Assembly (NCBI GenBank): GCA_034521445.1
Contig: JAXHMM010000010.1
Location: 12,949-76,948 of the forward strand
From: Balneolaceae bacterium
Lineage (GTDB): Bacteria; Bacteroidota; Rhodothermia; Balneolales; Balneolaceae
Length of the DNA stretch: 64,000 nucleotides
Reading direction: 5' to 3'
Shown: piece after piece, positions 50,053 through 58,349 of the stretch
Layout: every line of letters starts with the position of its first letter
How positions within the stretch are numbered: the first letter of the stretch is position 1
Made by a program: the position numbers and the translations under genes
The notes under the pieces: generated by a model
Databases searched by the model: none
What the model saw: the letters and a program-made list of their open reading frames with translations, nothing else
What the model was told of the DNA's origin: nothing

Positions 50053-51225
50053 GTGTCCGACCCGTCCACGTACGCCTTTACGAGGGAGGAGCTGGAACGC
50101 CGCCGCAGCGAGCACCGCCTGAGGGAATTGCGCGAGCTGGAGCCGGGCCGGACCGCCGCCACGGTGCGCATGGAGGGGAAGACCTTCCTGAATTTCAGCT
50201 CCAATGACTACCTGGGACTCTCCCGCCACCCGCTGCTGGCTGAGCGCGCGGCCGACTACGCCCGACGCTGGGGCGCCGGCGCCACCGCCTCCCGCCTGGT
50301 AACCGGCAGCTACGCCGCCCACCGCGAGCTGGAGGAGAAGCTGGCCGCCTTCTTCGGGCGCGAGGCCTGCCTGCTGTTCAACTCCGGCTTTCAGGCCAAC
50401 AGCTCCCTGGTGGGCAGCCTCACCACGCGCCACTCGACGGTGATCTGTGACCGGCTGGGACACAACAGCCTGCTGCAGGGCTCCCTTGCCAGCCGCGCCC
50501 GCCTGCGCCGCTTTGAGCACAACGACCCTGCAAGCCTGGAGCGCGAACTGCGCCGGGCCGGGGAAGAGGATCCCGATCGCATACTGATCCTTACCGAAAG
50601 CATTTTCAGCATGGACGGTGACCGCGCGCCCCTGGCGGAGATGGCGGGCCTGGCCCGGAAGTACGGCGCCATGCTCTTCGCCGACGACGCCCATGCCACC
50701 GGAGCGTGGGGCGAGGGGGGACGGGGCGTGGCCCCGGGCGTGGATGGCATCGACCTGGTGCTGGGCACCTTCGGCAAGGCCTTCGGCTGCTTCGGGGCCT
50801 ACCTGCTCTGCAGCGCCGATATGAAGGAGTACCTGGTCAACGTCTGTCCGGGCTTTATCTATACCACCGCCCTGCCGCCCCCCGTGCTGGGCGCCATTGA
50901 CGCCGCCCTGGAGCTGATGCCCGGACTGGAGGACGAGCGCGCACGCCTGCACCGCCACGCCCGGCGGCTGCGGGAGGTCCTGCAGGAGCTCGGATGCGAG
51001 ACGGGCGCCTCGGACACCCAGATTGTGCCGCTGGTGACCGGCAGCGAGCAGTCGGCCCTGCAGCTGGCCGGCCGGCTTGAGGAGGGGGGAGTACTGGCCC
51101 CCGCCATTCGTCCCCCAACGGTGCCCGACGACGCCTCCCGCATCCGATTCAGTCTCTCGTCGGCTCACGAGGAGGAACACCTGGACCATCTTCTTGCGTT
51201 GATAGGGGAGTGGAAGGATGGCTGA
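50053..51225 (+). CDS. bioF: 8-amino-7-oxononanoate synthase
   Basis: 390 aa (GTG start). PLP-dependent acyltransferase motifs DDAHATG and GTFGKAFG. Confidence 0.9.
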   Translation: MSDPSTYAFTREELERRRSEHRLRELRELEPGRTAATVRMEGKTFLNFSSNDYLGLSRHPLLAERAADYARRWGAGATASRLVTGSYAAHRELEEKLAAFFGREACLLFNSGFQANSSLVGSLTTRHSTVICDRLGHNSLLQGSLASRARLRRFEHNDPASLERELRRAGEEDPDRILILTESIFSMDGDRAPLAEMAGLARKYGAMLFADDAHATGAWGEGGRGVAPGVDGIDLVLGTFGKAFGCFGAYLLCSADMKEYLVNVCPGFIYTTALPPPVLGAIDAALELMPGLEDERARLHRHARRLREVLQELGCETGASDTQIVPLVTGSEQSALQLAGRLEEGGVLAPAIRPPTVPDDASRIRFSLSSAHEEEHLDHLLALIGEWKDG

Positions 51226-51910
51226 ACAGCAGATCCTGGCATATCACGGATGGGGCTTCGATGGCGGGGCCTGGGACGCCTGGCGGGAATGCCTCCCCGA
51301 TGGGTTTACCCTGGAGGCCTTCGACCGGGGCTATTTCGGCCGGCCGCGCCAGCCTGACTTTAGAGGAAAGGGCGCCCGCATTGTAATGGCCCACTCCTTC
51401 GGGCTTCACCTGGTTCCGCGCGAAAGGCTGGAGGAGGCCGACCTGCTGGTGATCCTGGGCGGCTTCCGCGACTTTCATCCCCGCGCCGCGCGCTTCCGCC
51501 ACCGTTCGCGGCAGGTGCTTGCGCAAATGTGCGAGCGATTCTCCGAGGAGCCCGAGGCGGTGCTGGGTAAATTCTACGCCAACACCTGGCATCCCGCCTC
51601 GCCGCCGAAGTTAGACCTGGAGGGGATGGACCGAGAACTGATGAAGGAAGACCTGGAGAAGCTGGGTGAATCCACCCTCGAAGCCGAAAGAATGGCCGCT
51701 GCCGGCCGGGTCTGTATCTTTCACGGAACCGACGACCTGATCGTGCCCAAGAGCAAGGGACGCGATCTCTACGGCAGCCTGGAGCCGCAGGCGAGCTATT
51801 TCGAGATTCGAAACGCCGGACACGCGCTCCCCTTCACCCATACCGCGCAGTGCCTCAAACTGATGATGCCCGAAGCTGAAAACCTCTTTCCCCAGAAGAC
51901 CCAAAACTGA
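51218..51910 (+). CDS. alpha/beta hydrolase, probable pimeloyl-ACP methyl ester esterase (BioH/BioG-like)
   Basis: 230 aa. HGWG oxyanion-type motif, AHSFG nucleophile elbow, C-terminal GH. Sits between bioF and bioC. Confidence 0.6.
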   Translation: MAEQQILAYHGWGFDGGAWDAWRECLPDGFTLEAFDRGYFGRPRQPDFRGKGARIVMAHSFGLHLVPRERLEEADLLVILGGFRDFHPRAARFRHRSRQVLAQMCERFSEEPEAVLGKFYANTWHPASPPKLDLEGMDRELMKEDLEKLGESTLEAERMAAAGRVCIFHGTDDLIVPKSKGRDLYGSLEPQASYFEIRNAGHALPFTHTAQCLKLMMPEAENLFPQKTQN

Positions 51911-51917
51911 CGATCGC

Positions 51918-52709
51918 ATGAGCGAGCAAGACCGCGCGCAAACCGCCACTCCTGGCCGGGGCTTCGGCGCCTCGGCCGAGACCTACCATCGCACGGCCGA
52001 CGTGCAGAAGGAGGTGGCCGAACGGCTGATCGCCTCCCTGCAGCCCTGGCGCGATATCGTGCCTCCCGGACCCGTGGTGGAGCTGGGCTGCGGGACGGGC
52101 TTCGTGACCGAATCGCTGCTGGAGATGTATCCCGGCCGCGAGTTGTGGGTGACCGACCGCGCGCCGGAGATGGTGGACTTCTGCCGGGAGCGCTTCGGGG
52201 AGCGGGAGGGGCTTCGCTATGAGGCCATGGGCGCCGAGGAGTACGAGAGGGGGCCCGAAGAGGTGGCACTCACCGTGAGCGGCTTCAGCGCGCAGTGGTT
52301 CCGCGACCCGCCCTTCACGCTGGGACGGTGGCTGGAGCGCACACGCTCCGGGGGACTGCTGCTGGCCTCTTTTCCAGGCCATGAGAGCTTCCCAGAGTGG
52401 AGGGAGCAGTGCCGGGAGCTGGGACTGCCCTTCACCGGAAACGTGTTGCCGGATACCGAGGAGATGGTCATCAAGCTGACCAACGGGCCAGCGCAGGTGG
52501 ATTACTACGAGGACACGGTGACCCGCAACTACGACTCTTCTGCCGACTTCTTTCGCCACCTGAAGGCCATAGGGGCCGACCGCCAGCTGGAGGGCCGCCG
52601 CCTTACGCCCCGGGAGATGCGCATGCTTATCCGCAACTGGGACCGTTCGGCCGGCGACCGGATTACCGTCAGCTACCACGTGGTCTTCATCGCCGTCAAG
52701 CGCGACTAG
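51918..52709 (+). CDS. bioC: malonyl-ACP O-methyltransferase
   Basis: 263 aa. SAM motif VVELGCGTGF. Biotin-cluster context. Confidence 0.8.
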   Translation: MSEQDRAQTATPGRGFGASAETYHRTADVQKEVAERLIASLQPWRDIVPPGPVVELGCGTGFVTESLLEMYPGRELWVTDRAPEMVDFCRERFGEREGLRYEAMGAEEYERGPEEVALTVSGFSAQWFRDPPFTLGRWLERTRSGGLLLASFPGHESFPEWREQCRELGLPFTGNVLPDTEEMVIKLTNGPAQVDYYEDTVTRNYDSSADFFRHLKAIGADRQLEGRRLTPREMRMLIRNWDRSAGDRITVSYHVVFIAVKRD

Positions 52710-53782
52710 GCGAGATCCTCCAGCGCCTGTCCCAGCCGCCGCAGGCCCTCCCGAAGCTCATCGGCCGGCATGCCCCAGCCGATGCGGAAGTGGTCGGGCC
52801 GCCCGAAGAAATGCCCGGGCGCCACGATGGTCTCGTAGCGCGCCTCGGCCAGCTCTGCCAGCTCCTCTACGCGGTCGGAGGCCAGTCGCACGAATCCCAC
52901 TGAGCCCGCGCCGGGAGTGGTCCACGAAAGTTCGGGCCGCCCCTCCACGAAGTCTTCTACAAGCTTGCGGTTGCCCTCCAGCAGCGCCAGGGTGCAGGCC
53001 AGCAGCTCGTCGGCCGCCCCGAGTGCGTGCCACCCCAGCCGCTCGGAGGGAAAGGCGGTGGTGATGGCATAGAGGTCGCGCAGGCGTCGTATGCGCCGGG
53101 CGGTCTCCCCGGAAGCGATCATCCAGCCCAGGCGAAGATCGTCCAGCCCGTAGGCTTTGGTGAGGCTGCGGGTGGTGATGACGGCGGGGGAGAGGGAGGC
53201 TGCCGTCCGCACCCCCTGCGGGTAGAGAAACTCCAGGTAGACCTCGTCCACCAGCAGGTGCGTCCCGCGCTCCTCGCAGAGCTGCGCGATTTCTTGCAGC
53301 AATTCCGGCTTTACGCGCATCCCCGACGGATTGTGCAGGTCGCTGAGTATGACCAGCCGCGTGCGCCCGGTCATGTGGTCGGCGATCTCCCCCGGGTCGG
53401 GCTGGAAGTCGTTTTCAGGGTCGCGTCCGAAGCTTTCCACCTCGGCATGGAAATAGGCGGGGAGGATCCAGAGGGGTTCGTAGGAGGGCGACTCCACCAG
53501 CACGTGGTCGTCGGGCTCCACCAGGGCGGCCACGGCCAGGTGGTTGGCCATGGAGGTCCCGTGCACGGGCACCACCTGCCCGGCCTCCACCCCGTAGCGC
53601 GAGGCGATACGCTCCTTGAGGGGTCCCCAGCCCTCCTCGTGCTCGCCGCCGGCCAGGATGTCGGCGGCCTCCCCCTTAAACCATTGGTCGGGATCGGGCC
53701 GGGGCACGCCGCTGCGGGCCAGGTTCCACCGCACCCCGTGCTTGGCCTTGGCCCAGGAGATATAGGGGCTATGCTTGATCAT
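52706..53782 (-). CDS. PLP-dependent aminotransferase, class I/II
   Basis: 358 aa. NPSG and SLTKAYGL (PLP lysine) motifs. Confidence 0.85.
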   Translation of the reverse strand: MIKHSPYISWAKAKHGVRWNLARSGVPRPDPDQWFKGEAADILAGGEHEEGWGPLKERIASRYGVEAGQVVPVHGTSMANHLAVAALVEPDDHVLVESPSYEPLWILPAYFHAEVESFGRDPENDFQPDPGEIADHMTGRTRLVILSDLHNPSGMRVKPELLQEIAQLCEERGTHLLVDEVYLEFLYPQGVRTAASLSPAVITTRSLTKAYGLDDLRLGWMIASGETARRIRRLRDLYAITTAFPSERLGWHALGAADELLACTLALLEGNRKLVEDFVEGRPELSWTTPGAGSVGFVRLASDRVEELAELAEARYETIVAPGHFFGRPDHFRIGWGMPADELREGLRRLGQALEDLA

Positions 53783-55121
53783 CGCGGTGCTTGCTGTTCC
53801 AGTAGAGATAGACGGGGACCCCCGCCAGGATCAGTCCTGCGCCGATGGCGGCGTTCAGCAGGTTGGAGACCACGCTGCTGAATACCACGAATACGGCCGC
53901 CAGGATGAAGAGGGCGGGCAGCCAGGGGTAGCCCGGCATGCGAAAGACCTCCTCGTCTCCCCCGCGGGCGCGATACCAGAAGAGGGTGGCGGCCACCAGC
54001 CCGAAGAAGATCCAGTCGCCGAACACCGTATAGTCCAGCAGCTGCCCGTAGGAGCCCGAGAGGATGAGAGCCACGATCCAGATCCCCTGGATGATCAGCG
54101 AGTAGGAGGGGGTGCGGTAGCGCGGGTGCAGGCGCGCGGCGCGCTTGAAAAAGAGTCCGTCGTCGGCCATGGCCTGGTAGACCCGCGCGCCGGCCAGGAT
54201 GGCCAGGTTTACGAAGCCGAAGGTAGAGATGGCGATGCCGGCCGACATGAGGGCCGAGCCTGTGTCGCCCCAGAGGGCCTGCATCACCTCGGAGGCGGGC
54301 GCGGTGCTGGCTGCCAGACCCTCCAGCCCGAGGGCGCTCAGGCTGGCCCAGTTGACCAGCAGGTAGCTGGTGACCACGATGACCACCCCGATGAAGGTGA
54401 CACGGGGCAGGTTGACGCGGGGTCGGCGGATCTCGCCGGCCACGTGGTTGGCGTGCTGCCATCCCCCATAGGCGAAGAGCACGGGGATGAGGGCGGTGCC
54501 CATGGCGGCGACGGTGGACCATCCCCCGCCTTCGCCCGCGACGGCTCGTCCCGTGTCGAGCAGTCCCTCCGAAGCGCCCTCCCCGCCGGTGAAGAGCAGC
54601 GCCCCGGCGACGGTGAGCATGGCCACGGCCAGCAGCTTGAGCACGGTGAAGATGTTCTGGGTAATGCTGCCGGGGCGGATGCCCAGGTAGTTGATGCCGG
54701 TGAGCAGCACCACCGAACCGATGGCCACCGGCTTCACGAGGGGGTCGCCCAGGCCCATGAGGTCCCCGAAGTAGTAGGAAAAGGTCATGGCAACGGCGGA
54801 AATGCCGCCCGTATTGATCACCAGCAGGAGGGTCCACCCATAGAGGAATGCAGGCAGGGGTCCGAAGGCCTCCCGCAGGTAGACGTAGCCGCCGCCTGCC
54901 TCGGGCCGCCGGGAGCCCAGCTCCCCGAAGCAGAGGGCGCCGATCAGCGCGATGGCGCCGCCGATGCCCCAGGCCGCCAGCACCAGCAGGGGGGTGTCCA
55001 GGCGCTGGGCCACGATGGAGGGATTCAGAAAAATGCCCGCCCCGATAATGCCCCCGACCACCACCATGGTGCCGTCGAACAGGCTGAGACGACGCGCGTA
55101 GGTTGTCTTCTGTTCGCTCAT
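53769..55121 (-). CDS. APC-family amino acid permease
   Basis: Start at ATG 55121 (MSEQKTTYARRLSLFDG...). 12-TM-type hydrophobic profile, GGIIGAGIF motif. 14-nt overlap with the downstream aminotransferase. Confidence 0.88.
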   Translation of the reverse strand: MSEQKTTYARRLSLFDGTMVVVGGIIGAGIFLNPSIVAQRLDTPLLVLAAWGIGGAIALIGALCFGELGSRRPEAGGGYVYLREAFGPLPAFLYGWTLLLVINTGGISAVAMTFSYYFGDLMGLGDPLVKPVAIGSVVLLTGINYLGIRPGSITQNIFTVLKLLAVAMLTVAGALLFTGGEGASEGLLDTGRAVAGEGGGWSTVAAMGTALIPVLFAYGGWQHANHVAGEIRRPRVNLPRVTFIGVVIVVTSYLLVNWASLSALGLEGLAASTAPASEVMQALWGDTGSALMSAGIAISTFGFVNLAILAGARVYQAMADDGLFFKRAARLHPRYRTPSYSLIIQGIWIVALILSGSYGQLLDYTVFGDWIFFGLVAATLFWYRARGGDEEVFRMPGYPWLPALFILAAVFVVFSSVVSNLLNAAIGAGLILAGVPVYLYWNSKHRDDQA

Positions 55122-55286
55122 GCGAAGGTATTCCTTTGACGTTTGCCAAGGGAAAAATAGCAGAGAAAGGCGGCCGCGCAAAGAATTTGTTAACAGTCGC
55201 ACATTGAATAACTTCCACGCCGTGACCGCGGGCGCGGAGGAGCGTCCCACACCGAATTACAGCGTCAAACGGAACACAGCAACGCA

Positions 55287-55907
55287 ATGGACTTTCCCGA
55301 ACGATTCATGGTCAGCGGAACCGACACCGGCATCGGCAAATCCCTGGTCTCGGCGGTGCTCACGCTGGGACTGGGGGGCGTCTACTGGAAGCCCGTGCAG
55401 TCGGGCCTGGAGGGAGAGACCGACACCGAATTTGTGCGTCGCGTCACCGGCCTGGGCGCGGAGCATTTCCGCCCCGAGCGCTGGCGCCTCAACGAACCTC
55501 TCTCCCCGCACGCCGCCGCGGCTATCGACGGGGTGGAGATCGCCCTGGACGACTTTGAGCTGCCCGAACACCGCGAGGGACCGCTTGTCGTGGAGGGGGC
55601 CGGAGGACTCCTGGTGCCGCTCAACGGCCGCCACATGATCATCGACCTGGCCGAGCGCCTGGAGCTGCCCGTGCTGCTGACGGTCCGCAGTGAGCTGGGC
55701 ACGCTCAACCACACCTTCCTCTCCCTGGAGGCCCTGCGCCGGCGGGATATCCCTGTGCTGGGCGTGGTCATGAACGGGCCGCGCAACCGCAGCAACCGGG
55801 AGGCCATCGAGCGCTTCGGGGAGGTGGAGGTGCTGGCCGAAATCGAGCCCCTGGAGGAGATCAACCCCGGGGCGCTGGAGTGCGAATTTCAAAAATTCAA
55901 CGCCTGA
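55287..55907 (+). CDS. bioD: dethiobiotin synthase
   Basis: 206 aa. P-loop-like SGTDTGIGKS and EGAGG. Confidence 0.9.
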   Translation: MDFPERFMVSGTDTGIGKSLVSAVLTLGLGGVYWKPVQSGLEGETDTEFVRRVTGLGAEHFRPERWRLNEPLSPHAAAAIDGVEIALDDFELPEHREGPLVVEGAGGLLVPLNGRHMIIDLAERLELPVLLTVRSELGTLNHTFLSLEALRRRDIPVLGVVMNGPRNRSNREAIERFGEVEVLAEIEPLEEINPGALECEFQKFNA

Positions 55908-55908
55908 T

Positions 55909-57195
55909 ATGCCTTCTTTTCATCCCAACGTCTGGTACCCCTTCACCATCCTCAAAAACGCCCCTGATCCCCTGAAGGTGGTCCGCGGCGAGGGCCTCTG
56001 GCTGGAGCTGGAGGACGGGCGCCGTATCATGGACTGCATCTCCAGCTGGTGGGTGAACCTCTACGGCCACGCCCATCCCAGGGTGGCGCAGGCCATCGCC
56101 GAACAGGCCGGGAAACTGGAGCAGGTGATTTTTGCCAACTTCACCCACGATCCCGCCGAAAAGGTGGCCGAGGGAGTCACCGGCCTGCTGCCCGGCGACC
56201 TGGAGCGGGTGTTCTTCTCCGACGACGGATCCACGGCGGTGGAGGTGGGCATGAAGATGGCCTGGCAGTACTGGGCCAACTGCGGGGAGGCGCGTGATAC
56301 CTTTATCTGCTTCGAGGGGGCCTACCACGGCGACACCTTCGGGGCCATGTCGGCCGGGGAGCGTTCGGTCTTTACCGAGGTGTTCGGCGATCTGCTCTTC
56401 GACGTGGAATTCGTGCCCTACCCGCACACCTGGCGGGGAGACAGCGGAGCCGAAGAGAAGGAGGAGGCCGTTCTGCAGGCCGTCCGCGAGAAGCTGGAGG
56501 CTTCCCCCGGGCGCTACGCCGGCGTCATGCTGGAGCCCCTTGTGCAGGGAGCGGGGGGCATGCGCATGTGCCGCCCCTCCTTTTTGCGGCGCCTGGAGGC
56601 GATTTGCCGCGAGGCGGGCACCCTGCTGCTCTTCGACGAGGTTATGACGGGTTTCGGGCGCACGGGAGGCGATTTTGCCTGCACGAAGGCCGGGGTGACC
56701 CCCGACATTGTGGCCCTGGCCAAGGGACTGACGGGCGGCTTCCTGCCCCTCTCGCTTACCGTCTGCCGGTGCGGTATCTACGAGGCTTTCCATTCCGACG
56801 ATCCCGAGAAGACCTTCTGGCATGGCCACAGCTATACGGCCAACCCCATCGGCTGCGCCGCCGCCCTGGCCTCTCTGGAGCTGCTGGAGGAGTTTCGTCC
56901 CCGTTTCAGTGGCATGGAGGCGTGGCATCGAGAGGAGCTGGAGGTCCTGGAGGGCCATCCATCCCTGAAACGCCAGCGCGTGACCGGCACCATCGCGGCC
57001 ATGGAGATCGAGGCGCCGGGAGAGGAGGGCTACCTCAACCGGGTGGCCGACCGCATCAAGGCGCAGTGCGTGGATAAGGGCCTCCTGCTGCGTCCCCTCG
57101 GAAACACGCTCTACCTCATGCCTCCCTACTGCACGGAGCGGGAGCAGCTGGCCGCCATGTACCAGGGCATTCAGGAGTTGCTGGAGGAAGTCTAG
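55909..57195 (+). CDS. bioA: adenosylmethionine-8-amino-7-oxononanoate aminotransferase
   Basis: 428 aa. Class III aminotransferase motifs FDEVMTGFGRTG and LAKGLTGG. Confidence 0.93.
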   Translation: MPSFHPNVWYPFTILKNAPDPLKVVRGEGLWLELEDGRRIMDCISSWWVNLYGHAHPRVAQAIAEQAGKLEQVIFANFTHDPAEKVAEGVTGLLPGDLERVFFSDDGSTAVEVGMKMAWQYWANCGEARDTFICFEGAYHGDTFGAMSAGERSVFTEVFGDLLFDVEFVPYPHTWRGDSGAEEKEEAVLQAVREKLEASPGRYAGVMLEPLVQGAGGMRMCRPSFLRRLEAICREAGTLLLFDEVMTGFGRTGGDFACTKAGVTPDIVALAKGLTGGFLPLSLTVCRCGIYEAFHSDDPEKTFWHGHSYTANPIGCAAALASLELLEEFRPRFSGMEAWHREELEVLEGHPSLKRQRVTGTIAAMEIEAPGEEGYLNRVADRIKAQCVDKGLLLRPLGNTLYLMPPYCTEREQLAAMYQGIQELLEEV

Positions 57196-57410
57196 GAACC
57201 GGCCTCATCCCCGCAGAGCGGGGCCAGGTTGTCCAGCAGCTGCAGGATTTGTCTGTGGTTGGCAGGATCAGTGGTCAGCGTGATCAGCAGGCAGAGCGTC
57301 TCCTTGTCGTAGTCCTGCAGTTTGCGTTCGAAGGCGAGCATCTCGTGCAGGCCCCGGTTGATATCCCGGCAGGTCTGCTCAAGCTCGTCCGGGCTTGGTT
57401 GGTCTCTCAC
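57192..57410 (-). CDS. hypothetical 72-aa protein, co-oriented with the Ner-like gene
   Basis: GTG start with GAGGT 8 nt upstream. Codon third positions are GC-rich like host genes. No family recognised. Confidence 0.45.
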   Translation of the reverse strand: MRDQPSPDELEQTCRDINRGLHEMLAFERKLQDYDKETLCLLITLTTDPANHRQILQLLDNLAPLCGDEAGS

Positions 57411-57428
57411 GGTATGGTACCTCGGTGG

Positions 57429-57647
57429 TTAGGGGTTCTCGGGCACCCGAAAGGGGACCCGCTCCCGCGCCTCGGCGATGGTTTCCCTGATGCGCCTGCG
57501 GATAGGAGCGGAGGTGGTCTCTCCCCGGGCTACGTTGCGAACGTGGGTATGGGAAACCTCCCAGCGGTTCGCCCGGGCGTGTATGCTCGTCTTGAGAATG
57601 GCGCAGGCTATCTCCAGCTCGTACAGCAGGTCTTTTCGATTAGCCAT
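57429..57647 (-). CDS. Ner/Nlp-like small HTH DNA-binding protein
   Basis: 72 aa. HARANRWEVSHTHVRNVARGETTSAPIRRRIRETI resembles the Ner-type HTH (HTH_35) pattern. Confidence 0.6.
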   Translation of the reverse strand: MANRKDLLYELEIACAILKTSIHARANRWEVSHTHVRNVARGETTSAPIRRRIRETIAEARERVPFRVPENP

Positions 57648-57686
57648 TTTTTAAGTAGCTTGAAACTCGAAACTTGCACATTGAAG

Positions 57687-57701
57687 GTTTAATGATTAAA
57701 C
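57687..57701. promoter_or_regulatory. 15-bp perfect palindrome, candidate operator in the divergent promoter region
   Basis: GTTTAAT G ATTAAAC in the 99-bp AT-rich spacer between the Ner-like and CI-like genes. Confidence 0.4.
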
Positions 57702-57746
57702 TAATCGCATTAAATAATTGACTTATTTTAAAGTAAACGCTTTCAG

Positions 57747-58172
57747 GTGAAATACGCAACAGGAAATAGGCTCAAAGAGATAGCGGATGCGCTCTACGGA
57801 GGAAACCGCAGCGAGCTTGCCAGAAACCTGGAAATGAAGCCCCAGGCGCTGACCAAATATCTCAACGGGGAGTCCATGCCCGGGGGACTCATCCTAATCC
57901 GCATGCATGGATTGGGCGTAAACATCAACTGGTTTCTCACGGGAGAGGGCGAAATGCTCCGCGAGGGTCCCCCGCACGCCATTTCGGAGCCCATCGGAAC
58001 CTACCTGGCACGCCTGGAGGAGGAGGTGCTGGAGGAGGAAGAGAAGGAGGCGCTGGGCGATCTTGTCGACTTTTCGGAGGCCATACGCGAGCAGGATCTT
58101 TCGCCCGGCATGCAGCGCGCCATGCTGCTGGTCTTTGCCCGCCACCTGAAATCGGAATCCGCTGAAGAGTAG
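57747..58172 (+). CDS. phage CI-repressor-type HTH protein (no peptidase domain)
   Basis: 141 aa (GTG start). SELARNLEMKPQALTKYLNGESMPGGLILIRMHGLGVNINWFLTGEGEM matches the Phage_CI_repr HTH pattern ending in WLLTGEG. Acidic helical C-terminus. Confidence 0.7.
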   Translation: MKYATGNRLKEIADALYGGNRSELARNLEMKPQALTKYLNGESMPGGLILIRMHGLGVNINWFLTGEGEMLREGPPHAISEPIGTYLARLEEEVLEEEEKEALGDLVDFSEAIREQDLSPGMQRAMLLVFARHLKSESAEE

Positions 58173-58349
58173 GCCTGACTTCCGTCACCGGCCAGGGACC
58201 CCATCACGTTCAGCAGGAAATCTCCGCACCGGGCGCCCTCAGGCGCGTACATGCCCATGTGGACTTGTCCCTCAGGAGAAAATGGACGTTATTGGGAATA
58301 CGGTAATTAGGGATGTTTGCATGCTAAATTTAACTCGCTTGTCTCGCTT

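Noticed and set aside
55188-55195. TGTTAACA palindrome in the permease/bioD divergent spacer as a possible BirA operator half-site
   Set aside because: BirA operators, as I recall them, are two inverted TGT(A/T)AAC-type half-sites about 14-16 bp apart. The expected partner here (GAATAACTT) is a poor match, so the support is insufficient.
53775-55287. Two further long ORFs (454 aa plus strand, 502 aa minus strand in another frame) overlapping the APC permease
   Set aside because: Only the frame giving a 12-TM-like hydrophobic protein with the GGIIGAGIF motif is credible. The others are Arg/Gly/Pro-rich frame shadows.
57192-58172. Considered calling a prophage or integrative element
   Set aside because: Only three small regulatory-type genes are present. 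There is no integrase, terminase, capsid or tail genes, no flanking direct repeats or tRNA, and no obvious compositional shift in the coding parts.
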